This document shows positions 19,589 to 28,853 of a stretch of 64,000 nucleotides of DNA, one piece after another. The notes below the pieces were generated by a model. That model saw only the letters and a list, made by a program, of their open reading frames with translations, was not told where the DNA came from and made no database searches. Source of the DNA: Candidatus Latescibacterota bacterium (GTDB lineage Bacteria; Latescibacterota; UBA2968; UBA8231); NCBI GenBank assembly GCA_965261395.1, contig OZ253462.1, positions 3,584,001-3,648,000 of the forward strand. The letters are read 5' to 3'. Each line of letters begins with the position of its first letter. Positions within the stretch are counted from its first letter, which is position 1. The position numbers and the translations under genes were made by a program.

Positions 19589-21034
19589 TCAGGCGGCAGC
19601 TTGTTCGAGGGCGTAGGCTGCGCGCAGCAGGCGGGCTTCTTCGAGGGGCGGGGCCAATAGTTGCACGCCAATGGGCAAGTCGCCGCGGCTTTGAGCAAAG
19701 GGCACGGATATGGCTGGAATCCCGGCGAGATTGACCGAGGCTGTGTAGATGTCGTTGAGGTACATCTGCAAGGGGTCGTCGAGCTGTTCGCCGAGGCGGA
19801 AGGCGGTGGTTGGGGCCACGGGCGAGAGTAGCACGTCGCAGGCGGCAAAAGCGCGGGCAAAGTCTTCGCGGATCAGGGTGCGAACCTGCTGGGCCTTGCG
19901 GTAATACGCGTCGTAGTAGCCGGCGCTCAAGGCGTAGGCCCCGAGCATGATGCGGCGCTTTACCTCGGTGCCAAAGCCCTCACTGCGCGTCTGCAAATAC
20001 AGCTCTTGTAGGTCGGCGTGGCCCTCGGCGCGATAGCCGTATTTGACGCCGTCGTAGCGCGCGAGATTGGCCGATGCCTCGGCCATGGCGATGATGTAAT
20101 AGGTACTGATGCAGTATTCGGGGTGGCCGGCTATAGGAAGCTCGATATCTACGAGCTCGGCCCCCGCATCCGCAAGGGCGTTGGCTGCATCTTGGGCCGC
20201 ACCGGCTACTTCTGCGTCGAGTGCGGCGGGGAAATGCTCGCGCGCCAAACCCACTCGCAGGCCGCGGGCGTCCCCTTTGAGCGCGGCCCGATAGTCCGGC
20301 ACGGGTGCGGCGCTGGAAGTCGAGTCGCAGGGATCGTGCCCGGCGATGGCTTGGAGCAGGGCGGCGGCGTCTTCGACATCTTTGGTCACGGGTCCGATTT
20401 GGTCGAGCGAAGAGGCGTAGGCTATGAGTCCGTAGCGCGATACGCGGCCGTAGGTGGGCTTGAGGCCCACGACGCCGCAGTAGCTGGCGGGTTGGCGCAC
20501 TGAGCCACCGGTGTCTGAGCCAAGGGCGAGGATGGTCTCGTCGGCGGCTACCGCCGCGGCCGAGCCGCCGCTGGAGCCACCCGGCACTCGCTCGGGGTCG
20601 CAGGGGTTTAAGGTGGGGCCGAAATAAGAGTTTTCGCAGGACGAGCCCATGGCGAACTCGTCCATGTTGGTCTTGCCGATGAAGACGGCGTCGGCGGCGC
20701 GCAGCCGCTCGACGGCTGTGGCGTCGTAGGGGGCGATGAAATGTTCGAGGATTTTCGAGCCACAGGTGGTGCGCCCACCGCGCACGCAGAGGACGTCCTT
20801 GAGGGCCAAGGGAATCCCCGCCAAAGGCCCCAACGCCGCGCCTGTCGCGCGCCGCTGGTCGATGTCGTCGGCGTGGGCTAGGGCACCCTCTGGATCTACG
20901 CTGATGAAGGCGTTGATCTGGCCGTCGATTTCGCCGATGCGGTTGAGTGCGGCCTCGACTAGCTGGCGGGCAGTGATTTCCCCTTGTTGCAGTCGATCGC
21001 TGAGTCCGTGGGCCGTGGCTTGGTTGAGCGCCAT
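19589..21034 (-). CDS. gatA: Glu-tRNA(Gln) amidotransferase subunit A
   Basis: [46 protein letters not shown]. Confidence 0.96.
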   Translation of the reverse strand: MALNQATAHGLSDRLQQGEITARQLVEAALNRIGEIDGQINAFISVDPEGALAHADDIDQRRATGAALGPLAGIPLALKDVLCVRGGRTTCGSKILEHFIAPYDATAVERLRAADAVFIGKTNMDEFAMGSSCENSYFGPTLNPCDPERVPGGSSGGSAAAVAADETILALGSDTGGSVRQPASYCGVVGLKPTYGRVSRYGLIAYASSLDQIGPVTKDVEDAAALLQAIAGHDPCDSTSSAAPVPDYRAALKGDARGLRVGLAREHFPAALDAEVAGAAQDAANALADAGAELVDIELPIAGHPEYCISTYYIIAMAEASANLARYDGVKYGYRAEGHADLQELYLQTRSEGFGTEVKRRIMLGAYALSAGYYDAYYRKAQQVRTLIREDFARAFAACDVLLSPVAPTTAFRLGEQLDDPLQMYLNDIYTASVNLAGIPAISVPFAQSRGDLPIGVQLLAPPLEEARLLRAAYALEQAAA

Positions 21035-21037
21035 GAG

Positions 21038-21274
21038 TTAGGAGGCGGCTTGGTCCTTATCGTTGGACTGAGGCTCGGTCTGGGCAGGGGGGACCGTAGG
21101 CCGAGTAGGTTGCTTCGGGGCCTCGATTTCGTCCTGCACGTCGCGCATGGCGGTGCGGAACTCGCGGATGCCCTTGCCCAAGCCCTGAGCCATCTCGGGG
21201 ATGCGCTTGGCGCCGAAGATAAGCAGAATGACTACGAAGATGATGAGTATTTCCCAGTGGCCCATACCGAACAT
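21038..21274 (-). CDS. tatA: Twin-arginine translocase TatA/E
   Basis: ILLIFGAKRIPEMAQGLGKGIREFR. Confidence 0.93.
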   Translation of the reverse strand: MFGMGHWEILIIFVVILLIFGAKRIPEMAQGLGKGIREFRTAMRDVQDEIEAPKQPTRPTVPPAQTEPQSNDKDQAAS

Positions 21275-21298
21275 GGCTCTATCTCCCGAAAGATGTTT

Positions 21299-21580
21299 TC
21301 AATAGCTGTGGCGGAAGTAGTACCAGCCTACGAAGAGTCCCAACATAGTGATTAGGTTGAACTTTAGCGACAGCTCAAACGAAAAGGACAGGATGATAAG
21401 GTTGAACATATGCGGCCCTATGGAATACTCCACGTAGCGCAAGAGGGCGAGTTCGACGATAGTATCGGGGCCGACCACGGCCGTAAGGATAAACCGCAGC
21501 ATTTCGCCGACGAGGTTGGCACCGATCATCGTAGTGAAGAGGATGAGGATGAGGTGACTGACAGGTTTATCGCGCAGCAT
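21299..21580 (-). CDS. Small membrane protein (DUF4321-like)
   Basis: 93 aa with two hydrophobic segments; 'FNLIILSFSFELSLKFNLITMLG'; operon context. Confidence 0.6.
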   Translation of the reverse strand: MLRDKPVSHLILILFTTMIGANLVGEMLRFILTAVVGPDTIVELALLRYVEYSIGPHMFNLIILSFSFELSLKFNLITMLGLFVGWYYFRHSY

Positions 21581-21593
21581 TATAACTTATAAC

Positions 21594-22289
21594 TCAGGCG
21601 TGTTGCGTGACGTCGCCGTGCAAAAGACGAAAGACCCAGCGAGAAGGCCCGGAGAAGACGTACACGAGGATCATGGGAAAGAAAAAGCTGCTGTCGTAGA
21701 TGGTCAGCCCGACTGTAGTGACAAAGTAAAGCTGTTTGAAGCGGTCGCTGAGGGAGGTGCCGCGAAAATTGGGAACGCTGTCGTAGTCGAGCCGACTGAC
21801 CATCAGGAAGGACAGCACTAAAATCAGCAGCACGGCCAGCGGCGTGGCATGGGGGATGGGCCAGGCTTTGGCAAAGACCACGTATTGGGTGAGGCAGACC
21901 GCAGCCGTGGGAATGGCCAATCCCATGTAAAATTCGCCGCGCTCACCCTCTAAGTTGAGTGCGTTGAAGCGGGCAAGGCGCAGGGCACCGCACAGCAGGT
22001 ACGCGAAGGCCAACGCCAGCCCCCAGCCCGTTGGCAGATGGGCCTGATAGATGATGGCAGCGGGCACGATGCCAAAAGTGCAGGCATCGACGATGGAGTC
22101 GAACTGGAGCCCAAACAGGGAGTCGCGCCCCATGACCCGGGCGAGTTGGCCGTCCATTTTGTCGAGTACCGCGCCCAAGAAGATGAGCCAAGCGGCTGGC
22201 ACGTAGTTGCCGCTAAAGGCGTAGTGCAGGGCGAGGAATCCACAGAACAGATTACCGATGGTGAACGCAGTGGGTATGAACCGCCTCAT
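21594..22289 (-). CDS. pssA: CDP-diacylglycerol--serine O-phosphatidyltransferase
   Basis: D..DGQLAR.....S.FG..FDS..D motif; ALRLARFN. Confidence 0.88.
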   Translation of the reverse strand: MRRFIPTAFTIGNLFCGFLALHYAFSGNYVPAAWLIFLGAVLDKMDGQLARVMGRDSLFGLQFDSIVDACTFGIVPAAIIYQAHLPTGWGLALAFAYLLCGALRLARFNALNLEGERGEFYMGLAIPTAAVCLTQYVVFAKAWPIPHATPLAVLLILVLSFLMVSRLDYDSVPNFRGTSLSDRFKQLYFVTTVGLTIYDSSFFFPMILVYVFSGPSRWVFRLLHGDVTQHA

Positions 22290-22308
22290 TTTTGCATCCT
22301 TCCTGCCG

Positions 22309-23448
22309 CTAACGCCGCGTCCGGTAGGGACGTTCTTCGAGGGTCAGGTCTAGGTTGTGGTATTCGTTGTGGCGCACCACGCCGAGCGCGGCGACTTCGC
22401 CGATGCGCAAGCCGCGCAGCACGCCAATGGCCTCGTTGGCGCTGCGGATATTCTCGTCGTTGATCGCGACGATCACATCGCCGACTTCGAGGCCCGCCAG
22501 TTCGGCCGGACTGGAGCTAGCCACTCTGACGACTAGGGCACCGTCGGTGGAATCGAGCCTTAGGTATTCCGCTAGATTTGGGGTGATGTCTTGGACGGAC
22601 AGGATGCCGGTCCAAGGACGGCGAACTTGGCCGTGCTGGCGAATTTCCTCCAAGAAGCTCGCGGCCGTGTCGATGGGAATGGCGAAGCCAATGCCAATAG
22701 AGCCGCGAGAGTACTCACCACCAGTATAAATAAAGCTGTTGATGCCGATGACCTCGCCATCGGCATTGACCAAGGGGCCGCCGCTGTTGCCGAGATTGAT
22801 GGCCGCATCGGTCTGAATCATGTCTCGATAGTAGTAATCGCCTTGGGGTTCGGAAAAGTCGCGATCTAGGGCGCTGACGACGCCGATGCTGACGGTAGGC
22901 CCCAAATCGAAAGGGTTGCCAATGGCAATGGCCCATTCGCCGACCAGAATATCGCCCGAAGTCCCGAGGGGCGCAACCGGCATGTTACCGTCATCTACCT
23001 TGAGGACGGCGAGGTCGGAATTGAAGTCTGAGGCCACGTAGTGGGCCTCAAAGGTGCGGCCGTCGGGCTCGGGCAGAGAGACCGTGATCTTTTGTAGCCG
23101 GCGCGGGTCGCCGACGACGTGACTATTGGTGAGAATGTAGCCCTCGTCATCGACGACAAATCCCGAGCCGGTTTGGTCTTGGGGCACGTAGTAAAAAGGC
23201 GAGAAAAAGTTCCAAAAAGGGTCGCCGCGATATCTGTCGCGATTCCTGTATAGATGCTGGACGCGCTCGCGGTAGCGCACGTGGAGGCTGACGACCGAGG
23301 GCTGCACCCGCTCCACGGCTCGCACTACAGCCGTGCGGCGCGACTCCCCAATGGACGCGCTGGCATGGTCCAGAGCCAATGCCAGCAGGGCGAGTGAGCA
23401 GATAAAGCGCAAGGTTGTACCTCGGGAAATAGGACTCGTCAATGACAA
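22309..23448 (-). CDS. HtrA/DegQ-type serine protease with one PDZ domain
   Basis: GSGF, TNSHVV, DLAVLK, IQTDAAINLGNSGGPL, PDZ. Confidence 0.92.
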   Translation of the reverse strand: MSLTSPISRGTTLRFICSLALLALALDHASASIGESRRTAVVRAVERVQPSVVSLHVRYRERVQHLYRNRDRYRGDPFWNFFSPFYYVPQDQTGSGFVVDDEGYILTNSHVVGDPRRLQKITVSLPEPDGRTFEAHYVASDFNSDLAVLKVDDGNMPVAPLGTSGDILVGEWAIAIGNPFDLGPTVSIGVVSALDRDFSEPQGDYYYRDMIQTDAAINLGNSGGPLVNADGEVIGINSFIYTGGEYSRGSIGIGFAIPIDTAASFLEEIRQHGQVRRPWTGILSVQDITPNLAEYLRLDSTDGALVVRVASSSPAELAGLEVGDVIVAINDENIRSANEAIGVLRGLRIGEVAALGVVRHNEYHNLDLTLEERPYRTRR

Positions 23449-23496
23449 GGAATCATATAATAATCATACACATAAGTTGCACGTATTGCACAGCCG

Positions 23497-23802
23497 CTAG
23501 TCCGGCAATTTGCCACCTAGGCTCAGGATCGCATCAAAGCGGTCGTTTTTGGCAGCTTTATTCCTCTTGGTAATGCCGCATTTGATACAGCGGTGGACGA
23601 GGATGTAATCGCCGCGTTTGATGGTAAACCCCACCGGCTCCATCAAGCCGCGACAGCGCTCGGCGCGATCGCCTGGGTTTACATCGACGTGTTGGCTCCA
23701 GAGGCATTCGGGGCAGTGGTTGGTGTAGCCATTGCCCTGCACGGGGAAGCCACAATTCCCGCAGGTAAAATTTTCAATGTGCCGCTGGAATTTTTTGGGC
23801 AT
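23497..23802 (-). CDS. RNHCP-domain protein
   Basis: FTCGNCG...YTNHCPECLWSQHVD..PGDR...C.GLMEP...HRC.KCG. Confidence 0.88.
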   Translation of the reverse strand: MPKKFQRHIENFTCGNCGFPVQGNGYTNHCPECLWSQHVDVNPGDRAERCRGLMEPVGFTIKRGDYILVHRCIKCGITKRNKAAKNDRFDAILSLGGKLPD

Positions 23803-23835
23803 TTAGGCTAGGCCATTTCCGCGCTGAAACCGTAC

Positions 23836-24582
23836 TCACCGCGCAGGGCTATCTGGGTACGCCACCCACAGCAGGCAGAGGCCGCGCGCAGGGGCCGTGG
23901 CTCCGGCCGCGGTGCGGTCGCCGTTGGCGAGCAGGTCGGCGATAGCTGATGGTGGCCGCGTGCCGCGTCCGATTTCGACCATCGTGCCGACGAGGATCCG
24001 CACCATGTGGCGGAGGAAGCGGTTGGCCTCGATTTCAAAGACTAGCTCGGGGCCGCGTTGGGACCAAGCCGCATCGAAGATGTGGCAGGTTAGGTGCTCG
24101 GGGATGGGAGCTTGTTTGCAAAAGGCTCCAAAAGAGCGTTCGCCGCAGAGCGAGCGGGCGGCTGTGGCCATGGGGGCCAAAGATAGCGCCGAATAATAGG
24201 TCCACACCTGAGTGCGGTTGACGGCGGCCTTGCCCTGGTGAATGCGGTAGCGATAGCGCTTGCGGGTCGCGCTGTAGCGGGCGTGGAAGTCTGCGGCGAC
24301 CTCGTCGGCGGCGCGCACGGCAATGTCTGGGGGCAATAGGCCGTTGAGGCTGCGAAGTAACCTATCCGTGGGCAGCGCGCCCTCGGTCTGGAAATGGGCT
24401 ACCTGCCCGAGGGCATGAGTTCCGGCGTCCGTGCGGCCCGCGCCGATGAGGTGGACCGGCTCTTTGAGCAGGATGTGCAGGGCTTGTTCGAGCGCGTCTT
24501 GCACGGTGCGGCCGCTCTTTTGGCTCTGCCAGCCGACGAAGTGGGTGCCGTCGTATTCGACTACCAAGCGCAGCGTCCGCAT
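23836..24582 (-). CDS. truA: tRNA pseudouridine(38-40) synthase
   Basis: YDGT.F.GWQ, AGRTDAGTHA, FHARYSA, FLRHMVR. Confidence 0.95.
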   Translation of the reverse strand: MRTLRLVVEYDGTHFVGWQSQKSGRTVQDALEQALHILLKEPVHLIGAGRTDAGTHALGQVAHFQTEGALPTDRLLRSLNGLLPPDIAVRAADEVAADFHARYSATRKRYRYRIHQGKAAVNRTQVWTYYSALSLAPMATAARSLCGERSFGAFCKQAPIPEHLTCHIFDAAWSQRGPELVFEIEANRFLRHMVRILVGTMVEIGRGTRPPSAIADLLANGDRTAAGATAPARGLCLLWVAYPDSPAR

Positions 24583-24586
24583 CGCC

Positions 24587-25387
24587 CTAACGCAGATAGT
24601 ACACAAGTGCGACCAAACCTAGAGCGGCCAAGGCGGATAGACCGTCGGCGCGGCCAAAGCGAAGTGGGCGATAGTGGGTGCGTTCGGCCCCGCTGGCGTA
24701 GCAGCGGCTCTCCATGGCCAAGGCGAGGCGGTCGGCGCGACCGCAGGCCGCGACGAGGAGGGGCACGAGCAAGGGGACGAGGTTTTTGATGCGGCGCAGC
24801 AAAGGGCCGCTAAAGTCGGCCCCGCGCGCTAGTTGGGCTTTGCGCAGGCGCTCAGCTTCGTCGAGGAGCACGGGAATAAACCGCAGGGCAATGGAGATCA
24901 TTAGCGCCATGTCGCCGGCCGGAAAGCCGAAGCGGCGCAAGGGATTGAAGAGGCGCTCTAAGCCGCTGGTTATCTCCATCGGCGCGGTCGTGAGCGTCAA
25001 GAGCGTGGCGGCGACGATGGCCGCGGCCAGCCGCGCGGTGAAAAAGGCCCCCAAGTGCAGGCCCTCGGCGGTCAGGACGTGATCGGAAAAGGGCAAGGGC
25101 AAAACGGGCCGACCAGGCGTGAGCAGCGCGTGGAGGGCAAAGGTGAACAGAAAGAGCCAAGCAAAGGTTTTGAGTTGGCGCAGGATGAGGCGCGAAGGCA
25201 CCCGTGCCAAGGCGATGGCCACAAGCAGGAAGGCCGCGAGTATCAGCAGGGCGTACGCGTTGGGTGCTGCAAAGGCCGCCAGCGTCAGCGCGAAAACGGC
25301 CCCTAACTTGGTGCGCGGATCGAGGCGGTGGATCGGCGAATCGAGCGCGATGTAGCGGCCGAGCGCGATGTCCTGCAAAAAGGCCAA
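24587..25387 (-). CDS. ecfT: ECF transporter transmembrane component T
   Basis: SPIHRLDPRTK, IALRFIP, AQLARG, AMESR. Confidence 0.9.
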   Translation of the reverse strand: MAFLQDIALGRYIALDSPIHRLDPRTKLGAVFALTLAAFAAPNAYALLILAAFLLVAIALARVPSRLILRQLKTFAWLFLFTFALHALLTPGRPVLPLPFSDHVLTAEGLHLGAFFTARLAAAIVAATLLTLTTAPMEITSGLERLFNPLRRFGFPAGDMALMISIALRFIPVLLDEAERLRKAQLARGADFSGPLLRRIKNLVPLLVPLLVAACGRADRLALAMESRCYASGAERTHYRPLRFGRADGLSALAALGLVALVYYLR

Positions 25388-25391
25388 GGGG

Positions 25392-26357
25392 CTAGGGCAA
25401 GAAGCGGTTGGTGAAGACCGCTTCGGCGTCCACGACGCCGTCTTTGATCAGGCCAACGGCCACCATTTGTTCCAGTAGCTTCTGCCAGCGCTCTAGGCTC
25501 ATGCTGCCGAGGCCGTTTTGTTGGGCGACCGGGTCGAGGATCATGGCGATGGATTCGGCGGCACCATAGGCGAGAATGTCCATGCCCATCTCGGGGTTGA
25601 GGCTGTTGATATGGCGGTTGGTCGCCTCTGGCTCGGCGAGGTATTGTTCCCAGCCTTTGACGCTGGCGCGGACTACGGCCTCGACGATCTCAGGCTCGGC
25701 GGCGATGCGCTCTGCGGTGGTGATGAGCACGCTGGCATAGGGGTTGAAGCCAGTGTCGGCTACGAGCAGGGCCTTGGGATCGCCGCCTTTGGCCTTGGCG
25801 ACGAAAGGCTCGCTGAAGACGTAGCCCTGCTGGGCGAAATTCTCGTCCACGAGGAATTGGGCCACATTGCCGGGGTAGGGGACGATAGTGACGCCTTCAA
25901 ACGGGTATTTCCAGCGCAGATAGTGCGAGAAGGCCGGGCGTTGGGACAAGGCCAAAGTAATGTTTTTGATTTGCGAAATGGAGTCGATGCCTGCGCTCTC
26001 GTGGACCATGATGCAGCGCGGGCTGATCTGGTAGGAAGCCATGAGCGCGACCACGGGTATCTGCTGGGCGCGGGCGTACAGAATGTCGTCGGCATTCGTT
26101 ATGCCAAAGGCTACCGCACCAGTGGCCACGCGCTGGATGACTGGCGCGTCCGGGCCGCCGCCGAGGATTTCGACCTCAACGCCGTTTTCCTCGTAATAGC
26201 CGTGGACTGCGGCCGCGTACAAGCCGCCGTGTTCGGCTTCCGGGAACCAGTTGAGCGCGAGTTGGACCTTGGGCAGGGCATCGGCTGTGGGTGCTTCTTT
26301 TTCAGCAGCGCAGGCGACGAGCGCGAGGAGGGCTGCCAAAAGCGGGTATTTGAACAT
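25392..26357 (-). CDS. ABC substrate-binding lipoprotein, NMT1/THI5 family
   Basis: Lipobox LVAC; LNWFPEAEHGG, GYVFSEPF. Confidence 0.88.
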   Translation of the reverse strand: MFKYPLLAALLALVACAAEKEAPTADALPKVQLALNWFPEAEHGGLYAAAVHGYYEENGVEVEILGGGPDAPVIQRVATGAVAFGITNADDILYARAQQIPVVALMASYQISPRCIMVHESAGIDSISQIKNITLALSQRPAFSHYLRWKYPFEGVTIVPYPGNVAQFLVDENFAQQGYVFSEPFVAKAKGGDPKALLVADTGFNPYASVLITTAERIAAEPEIVEAVVRASVKGWEQYLAEPEATNRHINSLNPEMGMDILAYGAAESIAMILDPVAQQNGLGSMSLERWQKLLEQMVAVGLIKDGVVDAEAVFTNRFLP

Positions 26358-26406
26358 AACGGGAATCCTCGTGGTGATTGTGAGTGATAGCTGGCGCGCC
26401 GCTATT

Positions 26407-27189
26407 TCAATCGGGCGCGCCCGTCCAGCGTCTGAGCAAGAAAGTACTCAAGCTGCTCACGGTGGTAAATAGTCCCAAACCGAGCAACGTGCAAAACAGA
26501 ATGCAGGCGAAGAGGTAGTCGGTCTTGGCTTGGCCGTTGGTGAGGATGATCAAGTAGCCGAGGCCAAAGTCATCGGTGCCGTAGCCGGCGAAGAACTCGC
26601 CGACGATTGCGCCGATGACCGACAGGCCGCTGGAGATACGGGCACCGACCAGCATCTGGGGTACGGCCCCGGGGACGCGGAGCTTGAATAGCACCTGCCA
26701 GCGGCTGGCCTTGTTGAGCGCGAAGAAGTCGAGGATATAGGGATCGACGCGAGTCAGGCCGTCGGTGGTATTGGCGATGACCGGGAAGAGGGCGATGATG
26801 AAGGCTACGGCCACCACGCCTTGGAGGCCGTAGCCGATCCACAGGATGATCAGCGGCGCGATGGCGACGATGGGCATGGTCTGCAAGAAGATCGCGTATG
26901 GATAGAGGCTGCGCTCGATGAGGCGCGACTGGGAAAACAGCAGGGCGACCAAGAAGCCAAAGACAAAACTGAGAGCAAAGCCCAAGAGGGCACCCAAGGC
27001 CGTCAGCAGGGTAGCCGACAGCAGGCGCGGCAAGTTGTCGGCTATGGCGCGGGCCACGAGCAAGGGCCCGGGCAGCAGAAAAGGCTTGATCGCGAGGAGC
27101 GAGACTGCGCCTTGCCAAACGCACAGGACCAAGGCGAAAAACAGCAGCGGAGGCAGGGTGTTGGTCGTTAGGGAGCGCAGTCGTCTCAT
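26407..27189 (-). CDS. ABC permease (SsuC/NitT family)
   Basis: QTMPIVAIAPL, GAIVGEF, GLGY. Confidence 0.9.
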   Translation of the reverse strand: MRRLRSLTTNTLPPLLFFALVLCVWQGAVSLLAIKPFLLPGPLLVARAIADNLPRLLSATLLTALGALLGFALSFVFGFLVALLFSQSRLIERSLYPYAIFLQTMPIVAIAPLIILWIGYGLQGVVAVAFIIALFPVIANTTDGLTRVDPYILDFFALNKASRWQVLFKLRVPGAVPQMLVGARISSGLSVIGAIVGEFFAGYGTDDFGLGYLIILTNGQAKTDYLFACILFCTLLGLGLFTTVSSLSTFLLRRWTGAPD

Positions 27190-27926
27190 GGGTCGTCGGC
27201 GTGGGCGAGCTGGCGCGAAATCCCGTTGGCTATGCGAATGAATTCAGGGGCGCTGCGCAGGTACGGCGAGCGCGGATAGGGAAACGGGATGGGGATGTCG
27301 GCGAGGATGCGGCCGGGACGCGCGCTCATCACGAGGACCCGCTGGCTGAGGAAGACGGCTTCGGAGACGTTGTGCGTGACGAAGAGGCCGGTCCAGCGAT
27401 CTTCTTGCCACAGGCGCAACAGTTCCTCGTTGAGCCGCTGGCGGGTGATTTCGTCGAGTGCGCCAAAAGGCTCGTCGAGGAGCAGGATCTGGGGACGGGT
27501 CACCAGTGCGCGGGCAATGGAGACCCGCATGCGCATGCCGCCGGAGAGCTGGGCTGGGTACGCAGCGGCAAAGTCGGTTAGGCCGACCAGCGCAAGCGTC
27601 TGGGCGACGCGCTCGTCGGCGTCCTCGCGGCGCAGCTCTAAGGGGAGGGTGATGTTGTGCGCGACCGATCGCCAAGGCAGCAGCGTGGCGTCTTGGAAGA
27701 CGAAGGCGAGACCGAGCGGATCGTGGCCCTCCACGCGCAGCTCGCCGCTCGTGGGCGCGTCGAGGCCGGCTACGAGGCGGAGGAAGGTGGATTTGCCGCA
27801 GCCGGAAGGGCCGACGATGGAGACGAATTGACCGCGGCCAATTGCCAAATCGAGGCCGTGCAGGGCTTCAACTCCGGAGGGGAATTGCTTGGCGAGGCCC
27901 TCGGCGACGACTAGCTGAGGCTCCAT
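27186..27926 (-). CDS. ABC ATP-binding protein (SsuB/NitT family)
   Basis: GPSGCGKST, LSGGM, LLLDEPFGALD. Confidence 0.92.
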   Translation of the reverse strand: MEPQLVVAEGLAKQFPSGVEALHGLDLAIGRGQFVSIVGPSGCGKSTFLRLVAGLDAPTSGELRVEGHDPLGLAFVFQDATLLPWRSVAHNITLPLELRREDADERVAQTLALVGLTDFAAAYPAQLSGGMRMRVSIARALVTRPQILLLDEPFGALDEITRQRLNEELLRLWQEDRWTGLFVTHNVSEAVFLSQRVLVMSARPGRILADIPIPFPYPRSPYLRSAPEFIRIANGISRQLAHADDP

Positions 27927-28853
27927 TTAACCTCGGGGGTGGTAGGTCTTGTGGACTTCTTTGAGATAGCTGAGGTCGAGGTGCGTGTAGATCTGGGTGG
28001 TGGAGATGTCGGCGTGGCCCAACAGCTCCTGCACGGCGCGGAGGTTGGCACCGCCTTCTAACAGATGCGTGGCAAAGGAGTGGCGCAGGGTGTGAGGGCT
28101 GATCTCCCTGCCGATGCGGGCCTTGTCGCCGGCGGTTTTGATGATTTTCCACACGCTCATCCGCGAGAGCGGGCCACCTTGGGCATTGAGAAAGACGTGG
28201 TCGCTCGAGTCGGGCCGAGCGAGGTGGGGGCGGCCTTGGCGCAGGTAGCGTTTGAGCGTGCGAGCGTCTTTGGCCGCGATGGGTACGATGCGCTCGCGTC
28301 GGCCGCGGATGCGGACGAGACCCCGCGCTAGCAGCAAGGCTGCCTGTTGCAGCGCGGTCAGCTCGGAGACGCGGATGCCAGTGGCGTAGAGCACGGCGAG
28401 GATGGCCCGGTCGCGCTGGCCCAGCGGCTCGTCGGGGTCGGATGCGTCGAGGAGGGCGGCGATTTCCTCGACCGAGAGCACGTCGGGCAGACGGCGTTCC
28501 AGTTTGGGCGAGTCGAGGAGTTCGGCCGGGTTGTGTGTGGTCGTGCCTTGGAGCAGTAGATACTGGTGGAAGCGCTTTATCGAGGTGAGGTTGCGGGCCA
28601 TGGTGGAAGCAGTTAGGCCGGCGTCGCTCAGCGAATGAAGCAATTGGGCGATATGCTGGTGTTGGACGGCTTCTACGCGCTTGACGCCTTGGGCGGACAG
28701 GTGGTGCAGATAGCGGTTGAGGTCGCGGCGATAGGCGTCGAGGGTATTGGCTGCTAGCCCATTGTCGCGCTCCATGGCCTTGAGGAAGCGCTCGCAGGGG
28801 ATGGACAGGGCCGCTGGCAGCGGGCGTTCAGGAACGGATTTTGGGCGGGCCAT
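27927..28853 (-). CDS. xerD: Site-specific tyrosine recombinase XerD
   Basis: NTLDAYRRDL, LYATGIRVSEL, SPHTLRHSFATHLL, LLGHADISTTQIY. Confidence 0.88.
   Translation of the reverse strand: MARPKSVPERPLPAALSIPCERFLKAMERDNGLAANTLDAYRRDLNRYLHHLSAQGVKRVEAVQHQHIAQLLHSLSDAGLTASTMARNLTSIKRFHQYLLLQGTTTHNPAELLDSPKLERRLPDVLSVEEIAALLDASDPDEPLGQRDRAILAVLYATGIRVSELTALQQAALLLARGLVRIRGRRERIVPIAAKDARTLKRYLRQGRPHLARPDSSDHVFLNAQGGPLSRMSVWKIIKTAGDKARIGREISPHTLRHSFATHLLEGGANLRAVQELLGHADISTTQIYTHLDLSYLKEVHKTYHPRG

Noticed and set aside
19589-21274. gatA without adjacent gatC/gatB
   Set aside because: Dispersed gat genes are common, and absence cannot be judged from one window.
27927-28853. Tyrosine recombinase as integrase of the neighbouring island or an integron
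   Set aside because: The sequence is chromosomal XerD-like, overlaps uvrC, lacks the IntI insertion, and no attC-like array was seen.
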